Both the position numbers and the translations under genes were made by a program. This document shows positions 8,338 to 9,033 of a stretch of 9,033 bases of DNA, piece by piece; within the stretch, counting starts at the first letter, position 1, and the number at the start of each line of letters is the position of its first letter. This DNA is from Paraspadella gotoi (Eukaryota; Animalia; Chaetognatha), in NCBI GenBank assembly GCA_051294375.1, contig JBJCIZ010000189.1:1-9033 (forward strand), written 5' to 3'. The notes below the pieces were generated by a model. It did no database searches. It saw nothing but the letters and a program-made list of their open reading frames with translations, and was not told where the DNA came from.

Positions 8338-9033
8338 AAGATCAAACTGTTCACTTTTGTTTTATTACAATAACAATCTAAGCCTTAAATAACGATAATT
8401 TTTTCGAAGCGAGAAATTCTAGATAGTTTTACGAAAAAAAATAATTGTATACTATCAAAAACGGAAAAGTTAACATCAGGAAAATATTAACGCCAGACTG
8501 ATCTGGCATCCATAACTTGCTGATGAGTTTCGCTGCACGACCTTGTAAGAAACTTTCACTTTCAACAGAGGAATCGATCTTGATGTAATCGATCTCAAAC
8601 GAAACCGATCAAAGCCGCGGGCGTCTGCTCGTTAACGACGCCGCGCCGCGCCGCAAATTCTTCCATGCGGCGTCTAAGTCGACAGCGTCGGGTTGCCGGC
8701 GCGATTTTCCATTAATTCCTTTCTAATTTATTGGGGGCGCCAGTGGTTTCCCTTTTGTTTGTTCGTCTCTCTGTCTCTCTGGGATATATATAGCTTTATT
8801 CTGCGTGGTTTTAGGCCGGGGAAGGTCCTCATAGTAAAATTATTTAATTAAATGGCAATAAAAAATTGTAAAGACACACCGTATAGCTTGTATACTCGAG
8901 TTAGGATTATGCGACTGTAAATATCTTTAAACTCTTGTATTTTCTTTGACCCAATACTATTAGGGAAGTGTATAACTATTGAAAAGTTTTTGAATATGTA
9001 CGTATGTAAGTGAAACAAGAACAATTCTCGCTT

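Larger units (their letters stand above)
6502..9033 (-). repeat. Copy 3 (inverted) of the unit; reverse complement of ~3841-6478, running off the window end
   Basis: Exact reverse-complement matches: 8599-8628 = 4391-4420 (30 bp), 8342-8372 = 4699-4729 (31 bp), 8955-8971 = 3909-3925 (17 bp). Near-continuous similarity over 8190-9033. Weaker collinear anchors inward: ~7847-7868 vs ~5050-5071, ~7690 vs ~5358, ~7410 vs ~5603, ~7250 vs ~5735, ~6733-6750 vs ~6218-6239, ~6519-6535 vs ~6445-6462. Confidence 0.93.

Noticed and set aside
8492-8507. 6 bp hairpin GCCAGA-CTGA-TCTGGC (counterpart ~4528-4544)
   Set aside because: It is too short to be significant and has no terminator or RNA-gene context.
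8516-8606. CTGATGAG hammerhead-like core; the 12-mer CTTGCTGATGAG also occurs at 1200-1211
   Set aside because: No stem II closed by GAAA and no stems I/III could be built. Copy 2 reads CTGATTGAAG at the equivalent site. The 1200 match lies off the collinear chain and is likely chance.
3841-9033. Interpretation as a Foldback/Polinton-like transposon with long TIRs
   Set aside because: Pairing appears to continue to a near-zero spacer with no internal coding region or modular subrepeats, and a second fold-back shares the same arm. An artefact is more parsimonious.
1-9033. CRISPR array, tRNA, rRNA or prokaryotic operon
   Set aside because: There are no regularly spaced repeats with unique spacers, no cloverleaf or rRNA motifs, and no long ORFs.

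Overview
AT-rich, apparently eukaryotic non-coding DNA with several (CT)n/(AG)n microsatellites, one (TA)n tract and a 25-N assembly gap. I recognise no protein-coding gene, RNA gene, CRISPR array or autonomous mobile element, and the listed ORFs are short, low-complexity or chance frames. The dominant structure, found by hand alignment, is that the window is one ~4.2 kb unit (~2300-6490) present three times in alternating orientation (minus, plus, minus), folding back at ~2224-2332 and at ~6490. The copies differ mainly by dense indels. This fits an unsplit multi-pass long read (missed hairpin adapters) patched into an assembly better than a biological palindrome, so base-level sequence here is unreliable. 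Inside the unit is a ~610 bp segment bounded by inverted repeats (MITE-like candidate) and a possible 3' splice site. I found no supportable novel biological system.
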